64,000 nucleotides of DNA from Lingula anatina (lineage: Eukaryota > Animalia > Brachiopoda). Positions within the stretch are counted from its first letter, which is position 1; each line of letters starts with the position of its first letter. The DNA is taken from contig CM120641.1 in assembly GCA_051362555.1 (NCBI GenBank), positions 25,116,401 to 25,180,400 on the forward strand. Direction: 5' to 3'. The notes under the pieces are model-generated. The model was given only the letters and a program-made list of their open reading frames with translations, was not told the DNA's origin and searched no databases. Positions 13,359 to 27,507 of the stretch are shown piece after piece. The position numbers and the translations under genes were made by a program.

Positions 13359-15752
13359 TAGGCCATCCTATTGGGAAGAATGTATAAATTGATTTGTTCT
13401 AAAAGGACACAGGGTGATGCTTTTTACTGACGACTTACGAAAAATTGGCACATTTAGTGTGGTTAGCGGTCTTCAATATCAGTTTTTAGACTTTTTAAAA
13501 CAAAATCTATACAAGATAGGAGTATTTTTGCATAGGATTTAAAGACGCGGATGTTTACCTGTTTACAGACAGTGAATAGTTAACTCTAAAGACAATCTCT
13601 TATTCATATTTAGATAAATCTAGTATATGGAGATCATGCACGCGGATTGATTTGAATTGTACCAAATGGCAATGTTCCAGTTTGGCACCTTGCCACAGTA
13701 ATATGTATGACTGACACTGCACTAGGTATAAAAGAGACAACGAAATACATTAATTTAGAGTATTTGATGATTTCCCACATTTTGCAACTTAACAATGCAA
13801 ATGTTTACAACACTGCATTTTAAAGCAGATGTCATTAAATTCTAATCAATCACATATAAGTCTATTCACCTCAATTGTCTTTATAAAGATTTAGGATCCC
13901 TTAAAGGCAATTAAAGCGATTTATGTTAAAATATTTTAAACCTTTTTTTTTAATTAAAATTATTCACCATTTCAGTGTATGCACAAGTTAAAATAAAACA
14001 CTGTTGATCAAAAAATGCCACAGCATCAGTTTTTTCTTCTTTAAACTTATATAGATGAATGATATACTTAGCAACCATTATCTTTTTATACATATCTGTT
14101 GATAAATATTTGTTCCCTATTTTTTCTTCTTTACAAAGTTTTTCATAATTTATCAATATCCATATTTTTTTAAATATTTGAACACTCTACAAAAAAGTGA
14201 AACATATCATCTTGAACAGAAGGACAATATTTATATACATCATGTTCTGAAACATTTCTTTAAGTATTTTCCTGTTGGATAAATTGCATAAAATATTTTA
14301 AACCTGTTGCAAATCTTACAAACATTACACCTAATCTGTTTTAAAAGTGTGCAGGGGTCAAATCTTGCATGTAGGAATTTCAGAAACAGCACACAATATT
14401 TTGATTTCTCGCTGTTGATTGAGTAATTTTTTCAGATATTAGTGTCTTATTTAGAGTTGAACGACGGATTGCCCTCCCCGATGTTGCCTCGTTATGTGTA
14501 AGGTACAGGCATGCTCGCCCCTCTCTCTTTCTGCATTTGTGAATCTTATTTATCTTATATATCTTAATTTAGTATCATGGAATCATGGAGGCCCTACAAT
14601 ATACCTCCCACACTTATTCATTTATCCAAATTCTCTTGTATCTAGGCACATCCAGTTATTTCTTAGAACGCCATTGAAGAATAATTGCTGCAAAAATGGC
14701 AGATAAAAATAACTGCACTATTTGCACATGGCCACATGTACCAAGGACGTGACTAGATACATCTTGGGATACAAAGAACAGGTTTTTATGCTTAGTGCAG
14801 AATGCAGATGCATTTTAACGTGTTTGTCCTTTGGTCATTTAGAAAATAAGTTATGTACGTGCACAGAACATGAAAATGAACATCTTTCAAATTCATTATT
14901 TATTTTTGTACCTTAAATGCATGGGCCAGATTTATATCATATAAGTTATTCAATTATGTACCATCACTTCAGTTAATTACATTGCTTTTACCTCCTGAAG
15001 ATATCATCATCACTTTCTTTTATCATAATAGAAAGTCTTGAATGTAATGAAAGTTTTGTTTAAACTGCTATTTCTTTGTGATGTTGTCAACTTCTGATCG
15101 TTGCATTCGGTTTGAGATAAAACAAAAACGCAACCCCTCTTGTGGAACGAAGATCTCCAGCTGACTTTCTGACGTTGAGGTCTTAAAGTAGTTGCGGTCT
15201 TTAAGTAGTTCATAACTTTCTAAACTTATTAATTAATGTCATTTTTAAAAAAATTCGTTGCTGAAGGAGATTTTCCTGATAACAAAACAACTACAATGTA
15301 TGTTTGACCGAACTTTCTCATTAGTTTCGAAGCAATACAGAAAATTGCTGCTATTACTCCGTGCTTGCACCCAGAAGGCCTATAGAAGATGTGTACAGCC
15401 TGTTGTTCACTTGGAAATAGGACAGCTTGAATCTTATTATAATGTGATTGCTCAAGTGGCTGTTGTATAAGCAAAATGAAGTTAACAATTACAGGGTAGC
15501 ACCTTATTTTATGAATGTCCATTTGCACTTGACGATATGTATTATTAGGCCTACACATTGACGATATTTTCTATTACCCATGTGGCCTGAATTATGTTGG
15601 GTTACCACTTAGAGTGATGAAAAATCCCCCATTTCCTCAGATTTCGAGGAGTCTTTCATTTTGTACGTATTTGGTTAAATCATAAAATTACTTGAAAGTT
15701 AACAATGCCCAGGAAATAAACGTCCTTGAGACTCTCTTTGGCATTTTAAATA

Positions 15753-16490
15753 CAGGGTGACCCCCCAAAAAACAGAACCCATAAACATTTTATTAAATCC
15801 TACAAAGGTCGATCAAATTTCAAGAAATTTGCTGGACTTTAACTTCAATATGTGCATGATTAAGTTCTTAGTTATCTAGGTCGCTTTGCATAAAAGTGAT
15901 GTTGTTTTAAAAATATGCTCCAAATGGCCTCCACGGCATTGAAGGCACACTTGCATACGTCGCCAAAAATTGTCAATTACATTTCACAGAACACATTTCT
16001 CCCTCGGGATATCCCTGATTTTTGCTGTGATTGCTGCCTTCAGTTGACCAATCGTTTGAGGGCTCCTCTGACATACTTTATCCTTGAGATACCCTTACAG
16101 AAAAAAAAATTGAGGGAGTTCAAGTCTGGTGAATGCCATGTCCACTCAACACTTAACATACCAGGCCCGTAGCCAGCAATTTCAAAGGGGGGTTCTTTTT
16201 TTTTTGAAAAAGTGGACCTTTTACCATATAATCCCCATGTACCTAGGTCAAATTTTACCCAGAATGGACCTTTTTCCAGCAAAAAAAACCCCTGGCTACG
16301 GGCCTGCATACTGGTAACACTTCCTGCTGATCCTGATCAGTCTCTCTTGAAATCGCTCTCTTAGTCAGGCCAGGGATTCATGTGATGTGCCGGCTGGTCA
16401 TGCCTTGCTGGAACCACTGTCCTGATCTGGACATCACTGCATTGTCCCAGTGATGTCCAGAACTTCCTCAGCCACATAGCTGATATGTGG
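15753..16490 (-). mobile_element. Tc1/mariner transposon remnant (3' TIR plus degenerate C-terminal transposase)
   Basis: TA|CAGGGTG terminus at 15751-15759. The minus strand reads LRKFWTSLG..WFQQ..TSHESLA*LRERFQERLI..VEWTWHSPDLNSLNFF..NVIDNFWRRMQVCLQCRGGHLEHI, matching the QQDGA and WPxxSPDLNP mariner motifs. Confidence 0.85.
16162..16306. mobile_element. 145-bp hAT5-like MITE inserted in the mariner remnant
   Basis: Perfect TIR CAGGCCCGTAGCCAG/CTGGCTACGGGCCTG; 5-bp TSD CATAC (16157-16161, 16307-16311). Confidence 0.85.
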
Positions 16491-19400
16491 CCACATTTAT
16501 TTTTTATAATACGACCGTATTCCTGGCTAGTCTTGGGGTTGGCGCGGTCCACTGGCAGCATGGGAGGGTTTTTCTGCTCCGTAAAATGCTTCACCAGGGA
16601 GGATTTTGTCCAGTCTGGCCCTAAAAAATCCCCGTAGGTGTCTGTGGTGGTTTCAGGGAAGTTGTTTTTGGGGATAAACCGTGGAATTTCACCTGGCATA
16701 CTGCAAGCTATCACTGACAGCTAAACCGAAAACGGAACTACCCTGGAATTGAAATTTTGAGAAATGTCGATAAAAAATAAAATTTCGACGATGTCAAGCA
16801 TTTCCAATAGCTTTCCTCTCATTACTGGAGAGAGAATGAGAAAAAAATAATGAAGGCCATAAAGACCAAAGCATGTAATCACTTTTTATGCTCTGCTTAC
16901 CAGACGCTTTTTCGAAATATGATAAAAGAGAACTAAATTGTAAACGAAATATGGAGACCTACTTTGAAAATGTAGAAGTTCTTCAAAGAATCAATTTAAG
17001 CTCTGCGAGCTCACTTTTAGATCCAGGGTTGCTACAGCATGTTTAAAACTAATATGCCTAGAGCTTGAGTTGTGCGAAGGCGATTTGTAATCATTGGCTT
17101 TCAGAAAAATATTTTTTATAATTATTACCATTACTGTGTTTATATTTTTGACTAATGCATGAAGAGTCAAAACGACAAACCAACTATCACACACTACTTG
17201 TTGCATACGAACTCTGAGCTGACAGTATAAAACTGATTTTAAAAACTTCATTTTGCTAGAAAACCTTTACTTATATGAAGCTAGAACCTGCGATAAAGCA
17301 AGGCACACCACGTCTTACAATTTCTGAAAATACTAATTGTTACCTTAGTAAATCCCAGATCCCTTCTTAAAAAACGTGCGCAACCTTGCCAGTCTCCTTT
17401 TGCAAGTAAGGGATTATCAGCTCGTTAGGGAGGTATTGACCACCTAATGTGGCGTAGTCAATAACGATTGTTTTCTATGCCAGATTTTCATGCCCGCTCA
17501 ATAAATCAACCCCATGGAGAGCAGGAGTATTCAACTGCACAGCTGCGATACAATGGGACAGATAATAAAACTTGGCAAAGGAGATCCGATACCACTAGAG
17601 TATCGGTAAAAATATTGAGTAATAGGCCTATATCGAATATAACTAACAAATTTCAAGGATATTTTGTTTTTTAAAGACAATTACAGGTAATAAGGGAAAT
17701 ATCTTGACCAATCCTGACATGCGAAGAGGGTAATTTACAATTTGGTCCAAATTACCCCTTAAATGGAGTTTCGATCCATTTTTGGTGCAGGCCCAGTGTC
17801 ACTTTTACTTAACTGGTGCGGTCCACTTTGAGAGGTTTTAGCATGCAACGGTGCCTTGCTCCCTTGAAAAGGGGGTGAGGTTTGGGCAGTGGGGTAGGGG
17901 TTGGTTTGTTAAAGTGACTCACTTACGTTACGTAATATACCTCGCTAAAAGTTAGAATTTGTCTGTGTTTCAGAATGCTCTGGTCCATTTAATTATAATT
18001 GTACCGCTCACTATGACCATAACATTTTGTGGTATTTTGCTGTCCTTCCTTCTTTCGTTTTGGATTAATTGTCGTTTTCGATACGGAATCAATAATTGGA
18101 TCGTATTCATCAAGGATTAGGGCTACACATTGTATTTTTGTACAATGTATTTTTGAATTTAGCGACCTCAGGCCACTCTCTGTCAGAATCCATCTGAGGG
18201 AAGATAAATCGCGATCTCCGTGCTTCAGTGCTACTGTACGTCTCACGAATGCGCTACTATACCTTTTCTTTCTACTAGTACTTGACGTACCGGGCACTTC
18301 ACTGACAATTTACAAATAAACCATTGAAAAGATGACTGATTACAATACAGTGTTTTTATTCGAAGACGGTGTCCCCGGGTCCACAAATTAATTGATAAAT
18401 GACTGATTATTAGTTAGCTTCATAGAGTAAAATGCAAAAAGTTATGGAGGGTTATGATCGAGGTATTGAAAGTTTCAGGATCGATTTAATTGGTCAGAAA
18501 TGTGCTATTCAGTACTTGGGTGGTGATAAAGAAGTTAATGAGAAGTTAGTGAATTAATTAATAAATAACTTATAATTAATAATGAGGCGTATAAATTTAC
18601 ATCTGTCACTGATTAGTTAGCTTCATAATAACTAATTGGTAAGGCCCTATAATGGGTACAGAGTTAACGAATTAACTTATTCATAAATGTTTAATAAGAA
18701 TTAAGTTGCCTTTGCGAGGTATAGAAACAAATGGTCATTATTTAAAAGTAATTTTTAAGTAAAAATTAAATAAATTTAAAAATCGAACCCAAATGCATGG
18801 GACGGGTCGAGCAATGACTCATGGATGGAAGAAAATTAGCCCCCCCCCCCCCCAAATAAAAAGGTCATGTTGACGGGTAAATGCAGAGTGCCTTAATTTA
18901 TTCACTCATTCTCGATATATAAGTCCATTTAACTTTTAAATTATTACTATTTTATTAAAAGTAAGAGAGCAGAAGAATTGTTTGCCCAAGTGGAAGTTTA
19001 CTAACATCAGTCTAGCAACTGTGAAAATAAATTTTAAACAATGATTACTTCATTTATCTGTCCTCACACAAAAAACATAAACGGACTTAATTTTCGACCT
19101 ACGTTACTGTGGCTTGCAGCACCATCTTACATTCTCTAATCGATCTCGTTTATTTTAACTAAAGTAGAAAAATTGCAACTTGTCAGGAAGCGAGTATGTT
19201 GTCTTACGCCTCAGAAAATGTCTAGAATGTTTATTCTAAATAACTAAATATTGGCGGGTTGTTTAAAAAAAAAAACTAATTTTTGTTACTTTTGGATTTG
19301 CAAATATTATCCCTAGGTTTTTAAAACTTTCGTTACTAAAACAGCTGAAACCTTCAATGCGAAATACAAAAAAAAAAAAAAAAAAAAAAAAATCATCCTC

Positions 19401-22068
19401 TGTCATCAGAGATTAGGAAAAAGTAAAATTCACGAATATATCTTTAACTTCATTTTCACTTTTTTGTTTTCTTGAAAAGGACCTATGAAATGAGAATTAG
19501 TGAATTTTATAAGGTGTGTTACGTACAAGCCTAAGTCCCTGTAATCGCTAGGTCGGCGCTAGTTCATATGGAGCTAAAGTTGACCTACTTTTATGGGAAT
19601 TCCCGCCCTGGTTAGAAAATGGCGGAGGCTGCACGCTTTGCCAGCTTAGACGAGCTGGAAAAAGCCTTCCAGCGGTATAAAACTGAGACGCAGAGTTCCT
19701 GGCGATGCTGCTTCTCTGAGAAAACTTTTGGTAAGACAATTTCCCAGTATTCTAGATATACTTATTTATGAAAAAACTAGTAAATGGATCCAACTCATGT
19801 CATGATGATGACAAAATAAATGTACATGTATGTACTATGTAGGCCTGCTATATGATGTCAGTACAGAGATGACGACCGTACGCAGTCATCATACCGTGAC
19901 AGTGTCAGTAGTGAGTGTCAGTGATACAGAAAAAGCATAGCCAGGCCTACATGAGTAAAATCTAGGCCTATAAAATATTAATATTAAATAAAATATTATT
20001 AGACCTGTTTTATAACATGATGAGTATAGTATAGAGTGACAGCTGAGTGTTTGAGTACAGGTAGTAACTTATCTTAATTATGCAATTCAGTTTTTTGACT
20101 TTATGGTTAGTTTTATCTCCAGTTGAAATTGAATATTTGTGTAGGTTCTTAAATCAATTTGTTCAAATCTATAACTTTTTCATTCTTCAGGATCCTCAAG
20201 TGAAAACATCATTTTAAAATTTAGAATTTCAGAAAAGAAAAGCAGATTTCTATGGAGTGTGAAGGTGGAGAAAGGGGTGGCTGTCAATTTTGATGGAACT
20301 CCTTTCCTGATTGCAGGAAGGAAATCTTGGACCTGCCATCAAGGCCCTGATTTGGATTTAAGGAAAAAAGAAAAGCATAAAAGAGAAATTTATGAAAGCA
20401 AGGTAAATATACATGTATAGCAAGCAAACTAGTTTTTTTTATGTACAGACACAGATGTGTCTGTACATATTGCCATCACCTGCGTCTGTCGTCGCCGTCG
20501 CCGGCGCCGTGCACTTTCCTTGTAAACACGATAAGTGGAGGGCAGTTTTACTTTTTGGCTTTATATTTACAGAGCTGATGAATATTCATAAAACGCAGGT
20601 CAAGTTCGAAAATCAGCATGATCGGGCCATTATTGTAGAAGTTATGCTGTTTTTTCACTTTTCAACATACATGCAACCCTGTAAACACATTTTAAGGAAA
20701 ACCATTAGGCCTGTTGTCATGAAACTCACAGGAGAAATCAATCTTACTAAAACGCAGGTCAAGTTCGAAAATCGGCATGATCGGGCCACTATTTTAGTAG
20801 TTATGTTTTTTTTCATTTTTCAGCATATATGCAACACTGTAAACACAATATAAGAAAAACAGATAGGCCAATTGTCATTAAACTCCCAGGAGTGGTCAAT
20901 CTTACTAAAACGCAGGTTGAGTTCGAAAATGAGCATAATCGGGCCATTATTTTAGAAGTTATGCTGTTTTTTCACATTTCCTCAGATTTCCTCAGATTTA
21001 ATTCTTAGGCATGTTAATAGCCTTATTATTTAAGTAATAAGATATGTAAAAGTGTTTGTTTGACATTTCCTGCATCTTTACAACATTGTTAGTTGATTAT
21101 GTAAAAATGATGGTAAACTTGATATCGTGTATTGTGTAATGAAGTGTCAAAAATGGAAATAAACTCGTATCATTGCAGTTTGTCAGATTCAATCATTCAC
21201 TATGTTCAGAATCTCAGAATGGAAGAAATTGGACATTTAACACTGTTCTATTGATATTTTTCACATCTCATCAATTTTCTTAGTTGATCTTATAAAAACC
21301 AGTGAACAGTTAATTTTGTTTTATGTTAAAAATTGTTAAAAATGGAAAAAAAAAAAACATTTCAGAACAGTGCTGTCTCATTTACATTTTGGCATTTTCA
21401 AGTTGTGACTTTGAAGTTCCATGGGCCTGAAGACCTTTGCTAGTCACATTTTCTGAATATCCATAATACTAATATTTTATTATTAAAGTTGATGGTCATT
21501 ATGCTGTTAAAAATTATGTAATATTGCATCAAAATTTGGAAAAAAAACTATTTTGGGCACTGCTCCCATGATGACCATTTAAGAAAAACCGTCATTTACT
21601 GTTCTCAAACTTACAGGAAAGAAACATGGGACTAAAATACAGCTTCAGTAGGAAATACAGTTTGTTTGGTAATTCTTACTGCCATTTAAACAGTTATTTT
21701 GTGAAAACTTAATTTTTCAGATATTGGCATTTTCAAGGTGTGACTTTGAAGTTCCACGGGCTTGGAAGACCCATGCTAGTCACATTTTCTGAAAATCCAT
21801 GATACATATATTTTATTATTAAAAATTGACGGTCATTATGCTGTTAACCATTTTGTAATATGGCATCAGAATAGAAGAAAACACAATTTTGGGTGCTGCT
21901 GCCATGATGACCATTATGGGAAAACCATGTTACTTATGATTGCCAAACTTTCAAAAAAGAAATACAGGACTAAAATTCAGCCTGAGTTGGAAAAGCAGTC
22001 GAATTGACTTCTTTTTCTGGAAGTTATACATTTTCAAAGTGTAAACTTGTCACATATTTTAATTACAT

Positions 22069-23717
22069 CAGTGATTGCGAAAGAGATTGAAAACTTACCA
22101 GACATGTGGGCTGGAGCAAATTAAATTTTGTCAGCCCACACCTTTTTTTACCGGCCCACAACAAAATAATCAAGCTGTATATTTTCACTTCATTTTTGAT
22201 GAATATTATTGTCTGGCATTTTAAATCGTTGCTTTTTAATTTTCAGGCCAGATGTAATAGGATGTTTAAAGGTTTAAGTTTAAACGTCTTTCATTTTGGT
22301 TGCTTTCTGGCATTTAAGTTTTATCCTTTTTACATCTGGGTTGCCTATCTTAATTTCTAATCTTTTAACACAAGATCATGTATCCTTTGTAAATTTTATT
22401 CCAATTTTTGACTTAAATTAAAACATAAGTCATAGTGAAGTGGAGCTTCCAACTTTTGTAACGTTTTTTAGATTTTTTTACTCTTGGAAAAATGCTTGTC
22501 TGTTAGCAGGGATTGTCCTGGGTCAAAATCTGGTCGGGCCATTTTGGCCCACTTGGTCAAAAAAAGTGTGCCATTTTTTAAAAATGTGTGCTGTGAATTA
22601 TTTAAAGAAAATTCATTGTATTTCAATATTTTTTTATATGATTAAAATCGATGAAAAAAGGCTTAATGCTACTACTCTGAAGTCCTAAATAATTGTAGTG
22701 TGTGGAAAAATCTTCCAAAATAAACATACTGTCTGAAAAATTGTACAGTACTTAATGGAAAAATCTTCAGAATTGATAATTGCACTATGCCAAATAATTG
22801 CACTACATGGAAAAGGTAGACAAATCCCATTTTTATTGTAAAATAAAGCTATTGCTCTCATAGCAGGCCCGTAGCCAGCAATTTTAAAAGGGAGGGAGGG
22901 TCTTTTTCCATAAAAACGCCATGTACCTAGATCAAATTTTACCAAGAGTGGACCTTTTGTCAGCATAAGAGGCGGTTCTTTCGAAACCCCTGAACCATCC
23001 CTGGCTACGGGCCAGAGTCTGAAAAGAATTTTTATTCAATATCTAAGACTAAAGTTTAGATGAATATACTGTAATGGACAGTTTTGCACCCTGACTGTGC
23101 CATTGCGGATTTTCCGCATGGAAAATGATGTTGTCCCTCATTTTGACATATAGCACCGCTAAAGGCGCAATATGACTTAAAATATCCGTTAAAATTAGTT
23201 AAGAGCACCCATCTAAAAAGCAAATGAATATTTCTCCTTTTCACTTATCGTTTACTCAACATGCAGTCCGACGAAGCCATACTTGTTTACCCAGCACGTG
23301 TAGTTAGGTGTTCTCAGAGGTCCGTGCGTGGCCAGTCGTAAGCAGTTTGAGCGGCCTGTTTTCAGAGTCTTGAGCAGTACGTTTTTCATTGACCTGTAGT
23401 TGTTTCAGTTTCGATACATTTTTTTGTGAAACGGGTCACATGTCAGCCCTCACACCATCGCTACGCACACTTCAAGCGACATCATAATGTACGTAGACCT
23501 TTATTACAAAACGCGCCAGTATGGCGCAAGTTAAAGTTTTACTTGCGAATAGTGCGTACTTAGAGCTTTACGATAAATTCAAATATGAGGCGAGGTATCT
23601 GTTAAAGAAACTGACTTTAGTCCGTCGGACATGTGGGCCGATGAGTTAAAAGGGTTTTCCAGCCCACAGAACTTTTGCCGGCATATGGCCGTGGTCCGAC
23701 GGCTTTCGCAATCACTG
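22069..23717. mobile_element. 1.65-kb hAT5-like non-autonomous element nested in a HINE
   Basis: TIR CAGTGATTGCGAAAG/CTTTCGCAATCACTG; 5-bp TSD TACAT. Other HINE copies show the empty site with a single TACAT (e.g. acttacattggtatt near 48075). Confidence 0.88.
22864..23015. mobile_element. Second copy of the CAGGCCCGTAGCCAG MITE
   Basis: Same TIR and internal similarity to 16162-16306; TSD not preserved. Confidence 0.75.
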
Positions 23718-25670
23718 TACATTGGTATTACCTGTTGAGGATAATTAAAATTTGATGTTGAATTTGCAGTTCAACATAATGTATTTTTGCATCAGAATTG
23801 ACAGTAGCCTATTTTGTGGATAGTTATTTCCTGTTTTTTGTCTGTACATTTGACAGCTTTGCTGCCTTGTTCATTTATTCTATTATTATTTACTAGGAAA
23901 CAAAACCTTGTTGCTAATCTTACAATTGATTATGATACAGAAATGAGAAGTAGATTATTCATACATACAGTTGTACATGTATTAATTGGTTATTCTTTAT
24001 ATTTTTGTTAGTTTTTGGGCTCTTCATGATACACTTTTTACTAATTTACAGAAATCTGACCATTGCTTCGCCCAAAGTCGGAATCTTATCCAAGATTCAA
24101 AGAAAGTTGGTTGCCCAGCAATGGTCCATATGAACCATATCATTCGGTTCCCTGATTTCAAGGTTTGTATATAATTACTGATTGAATGGCACCTCAATTT
24201 ACCGTCCTTTACTTTAGCACAGGAAGGCCTATCTTGAGGATGGATTCAATTTTTGTATGTTTATCAGGAAGGACTACATGTAATTCCATCTGGATAAATT
24301 AAGTTGAAAGAGACCGAATAGATGCCTAGAATGGAATTTTCACATTTATTTTAACGGATGCGGTTTTTTTTTTCCATTCAGGTTGAATCTCAAGGAGAAA
24401 AGAAGGCGCAGACGAAGGCACTGAGAGAGCTGATTTTGAAGGGAGAACATGTCAAAGTGGAACAAGTTTTCCACCTCAAGGTTCCTTGCTCATCAAGTCA
24501 TGTTGGACATCCTATTCTTGGAATTGTAAGTAGATCATATTGTCCGACTTTTGAAAATTCGATCATATTGCATCTTAAATTTTGATGGAAAAAAAATTTC
24601 AGCATTTCAAAAGTTTGATGTCAGGAAGACTTAAAGGTACAGGGTTATTTTGATTTTCAACTACTTCTGCTTGGTGTTGGTATATATAATAGTATCAGTG
24701 GGTGTAATAGAAGTGCACATCTCCCAAGTTTTATTTAACCTCACAATATATGCTTGCACGAATTTGATGTACATGTATATTTATTGCCTCACTTTGTAAC
24801 TCCTATTTTCAGTAATTGGTCTCTGCTTATTGCCTCAGTTATTTATAATCAGTTTGCTTTATAATAGATAGACATAACAGACGTGTACTATTGTATTTTC
24901 CTTCATGTCCTTTCTGAGCTTATAGATGCAATGTATAATATGTGTGATTAGTGTTTCCAGAATTCTATTTCTTTTAATAATTAATATGTTTGTGTCCTCA
25001 CAGTTATTTTGGCATTTTGATTCAGGGTGCAAGTGTACGAGAGCAAGTTGATCCTGTAATAGTCCAAAAAGTCAATGATCTGTTCCACAGCGGTGTACGC
25101 TTAGTTAGGGAGATAGAGAGACATATAGAAACTTTTGTTGAAGGAGAGCTCTTTCGAGGTCAGGTCCCTCCCTTGAAGACTCAAAGACGATGGTATCCAA
25201 CCCAAGTTGATATCAAGAATATACTTACGTTGGCAAAATCAGCTGATAGAATGGTCCCAAATGACCAGGATAATTTAGTATTATTTTGTAATGATTGGAA
25301 AGAACGATCCCCTGCTGATACTATTTACTTTAGGGTGAGTATTATATAAAGATTATTCAAATCATCCTTTGGCTGTAATTATCTGATCTGAAACTTTGAA
25401 GGTTTGGCTTTGATGTACCTCTTTCACTATAGTAATTTAATGTGTAACCCAAAGAAGACTAATTCTTCAAAAGCTTAGATTAAGTAATCACATTAAGTAA
25501 TGGTTATTGATTTCATACCTGATATGCAAGAATTACGTCTTTTTATGGGGACCGAATATCTAACATAATAACATTTGTTATTTCAGCCAAGTACAGAAAA
25601 ATCTGACGGTGGGGATGTGATGTCAAAAGAGGAGAAAGTTTTATTCTTTTATCAGGCTGCGTGGCAAAAG

Positions 25671-26345
25671 CACCCTGAGCTTCAGAGCTAACTTGACACT
25701 AACCTTTTCACTGTAGCCTATCTCCATCGTGTCAAGTATACTCTGATCAGATTCGATTGCCTCCGCCGCCCGCCAATCAAATTTAAAAGCCCGCACTCAA
25801 TGACTCATTGAACGATCTAGCCAATGAACGCGAACGAGTCAAAGCGCGTTTTGTTCAAATCGGACCAATCAAAGATAAGGCTGAATATCAGGGACTTGCC
25901 GTAACCTGTGGGCAGCACGCAAATAGCATCGGCTCTCAGTAGATAATGATGCAGTGCCTCAAACTGCTAGACCCTATGGTTTCAATTCCAATTTACTCAT
26001 ATTTTGCAAAGAATCAAGAGATAACTTAACACATTCTTTTTCGTAGTCACTCGCCTTGCTTTCTTTGTGTACGGCAATACACTCGGAACTACTCGGATGT
26101 CTCCACACTCGACAATAACTTTGTTGAACTAAAATTAGTATGGAGCTTGCGGAATCAGCCGAGGATTGCCGATTGACGGTCAACCAATCAGCGTTTTCAC
26201 CAAACTTTGGTGAAAAATTTTGAAACATGGATTTGATTGGCTTATATAAACTAGGTCAAACTATTTTCGTCAGAGGTTACTTGACACGATGGAGATAGGC
26301 TGCAGTGAAAAGGTTAGTGTCAAGTAAGCTCTGAAGCTCAGGGTG
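25671..26345. mobile_element. 675-bp non-autonomous DNA transposon inserted in transposase exon 6
   Basis: ~76-bp TIRs starting CACCCTGAGCTTCAGAGC; 8-bp TSD GGCAAAAG (25663-25670, 26346-26353). Removing it restores ..AAWQKRLLSKYGQQMCLMDATY. Confidence 0.92.
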
Positions 26346-26743
26346 GGCAAAAGAGACTGCTCTCTAAATATGGCCAGCAGATGTGTCTCATGGATGCCAC
26401 ATATAGAAAGAATAACAATTTCTAAAGCTAAGATCTGTCCTCTGTTCATTAAAATGTCGATTGAATGCTTCTTTACTGTACAATCTGTCTTCTATCTTCT
26501 ATCTTGCTTTGCAGATATGCACTACCGCTCTTTTTCCTTTGTGTCAGGACCAATGTATCCTATTGTGTGGTTGCAATGTTCATAACACAGAATGAAGATG
26601 TTGAGTCTTTAGTAGAACCTTTAGAAATGATTAGAGAAAACAATCCTGAATGGAAACCAAAAAACATAATGGTAGATTTCAGTCTGGCTGAAATAAATTC
26701 CCTTGAAAAATGTTTTCCAGGTACATTTATATGTATACATGTA

Positions 26744-27507
26744 CAGTAGAGACCAGAAACAACGCGACGTTACCCATAACAATACCCCTTAACAACTTAA
26801 TTTCGTTACTTTTGGTAATAAACGCCCCTTATTTATGAATGGATTTTGTTACTTGAACACAATGAATGTTTACACTCATTGTTACTTTCGAACAATAGTT
26901 TGGTAACACATTACTACATGGGCTGTGATCCACTGTCCAAACAGCCAGTGACCACAGACGTTTGTCACTCCCACCTAATTGGGGGTTATTACCCAGCCTG
27001 TAATAGTCGTCATTGTGTGTTGTAATTGCATGTAATTGGTCATTTATCGGTACTGTTCCTTTCACTAGGCTGATGCCTGGCCTATCATACCTTATGCCCT
27101 GGCCTTATAACTGGCGCTGTGGTCTTCGCTTTGTGAAGTTTTTTCTACTACATAATGTTAGTTTGCGTCCGTTTGCAATGATCTAAATTGTTTTTAAAAT
27201 TACGCAATGCAGTAGGCCTATCGGTCACATGGCGCGCACCAAACTTGAGTCCACGAGTCAGAGATAATGAGGAAAATGCATACATATATAAACTTAAAAA
27301 GTCTGATATGCAGATTGTCTACACCTGTTTAACTTCTTTTAATATGGGCTGTAAGGTGACGTCTGGAATTCCTCACATTTTGTTCCGTCAAATTTGGCAA
27401 TTATCGACTGTTAAGTATGCGTTACTTTTGTCACTAGAAGTAACAAAAAAGTAACAAAATATTAACAAGGAAGTAACAGAGTGAAGCGTTATTTCTGGTC
27501 CCACCTG
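26744..27507. mobile_element. Tc1/mariner-type MITE in a transposase intron
   Basis: TA|CAGTAGAGACCAGAAACAACGC ... GCGTTATTTCTGGTCCCACCTG|TA. Confidence 0.75.

Larger units (their letters stand above)
20441..23871 (+). mobile_element. HINE family A copy in transposase intron 2
   Basis: 5' palindrome ATGTACAGACACAGATGTGTCTGTACAT after a T-run, (GTCGCC)n, ~160-bp repeats, 3' subTIR GTCTGTACAT and hairpin CAGC-TTT-GCTG, ending CTTGTT; this is the DINE-1/HINE architecture. Confidence 0.85.

Noticed and set aside
15229-15558. Cys-containing ORFs, possible transposase fragment
   Set aside because: No diagnostic motif could be recognised with confidence.
20413-20853. Recurrent ORFs such as MCLYILPSPASV.., KTQVKFENRHDRA and MHQNRRKHNFGCC (also 28402, 47844, 55557, 63653)
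   Set aside because: Chance translations of the non-coding HINE repeat; frames are not conserved between copies.
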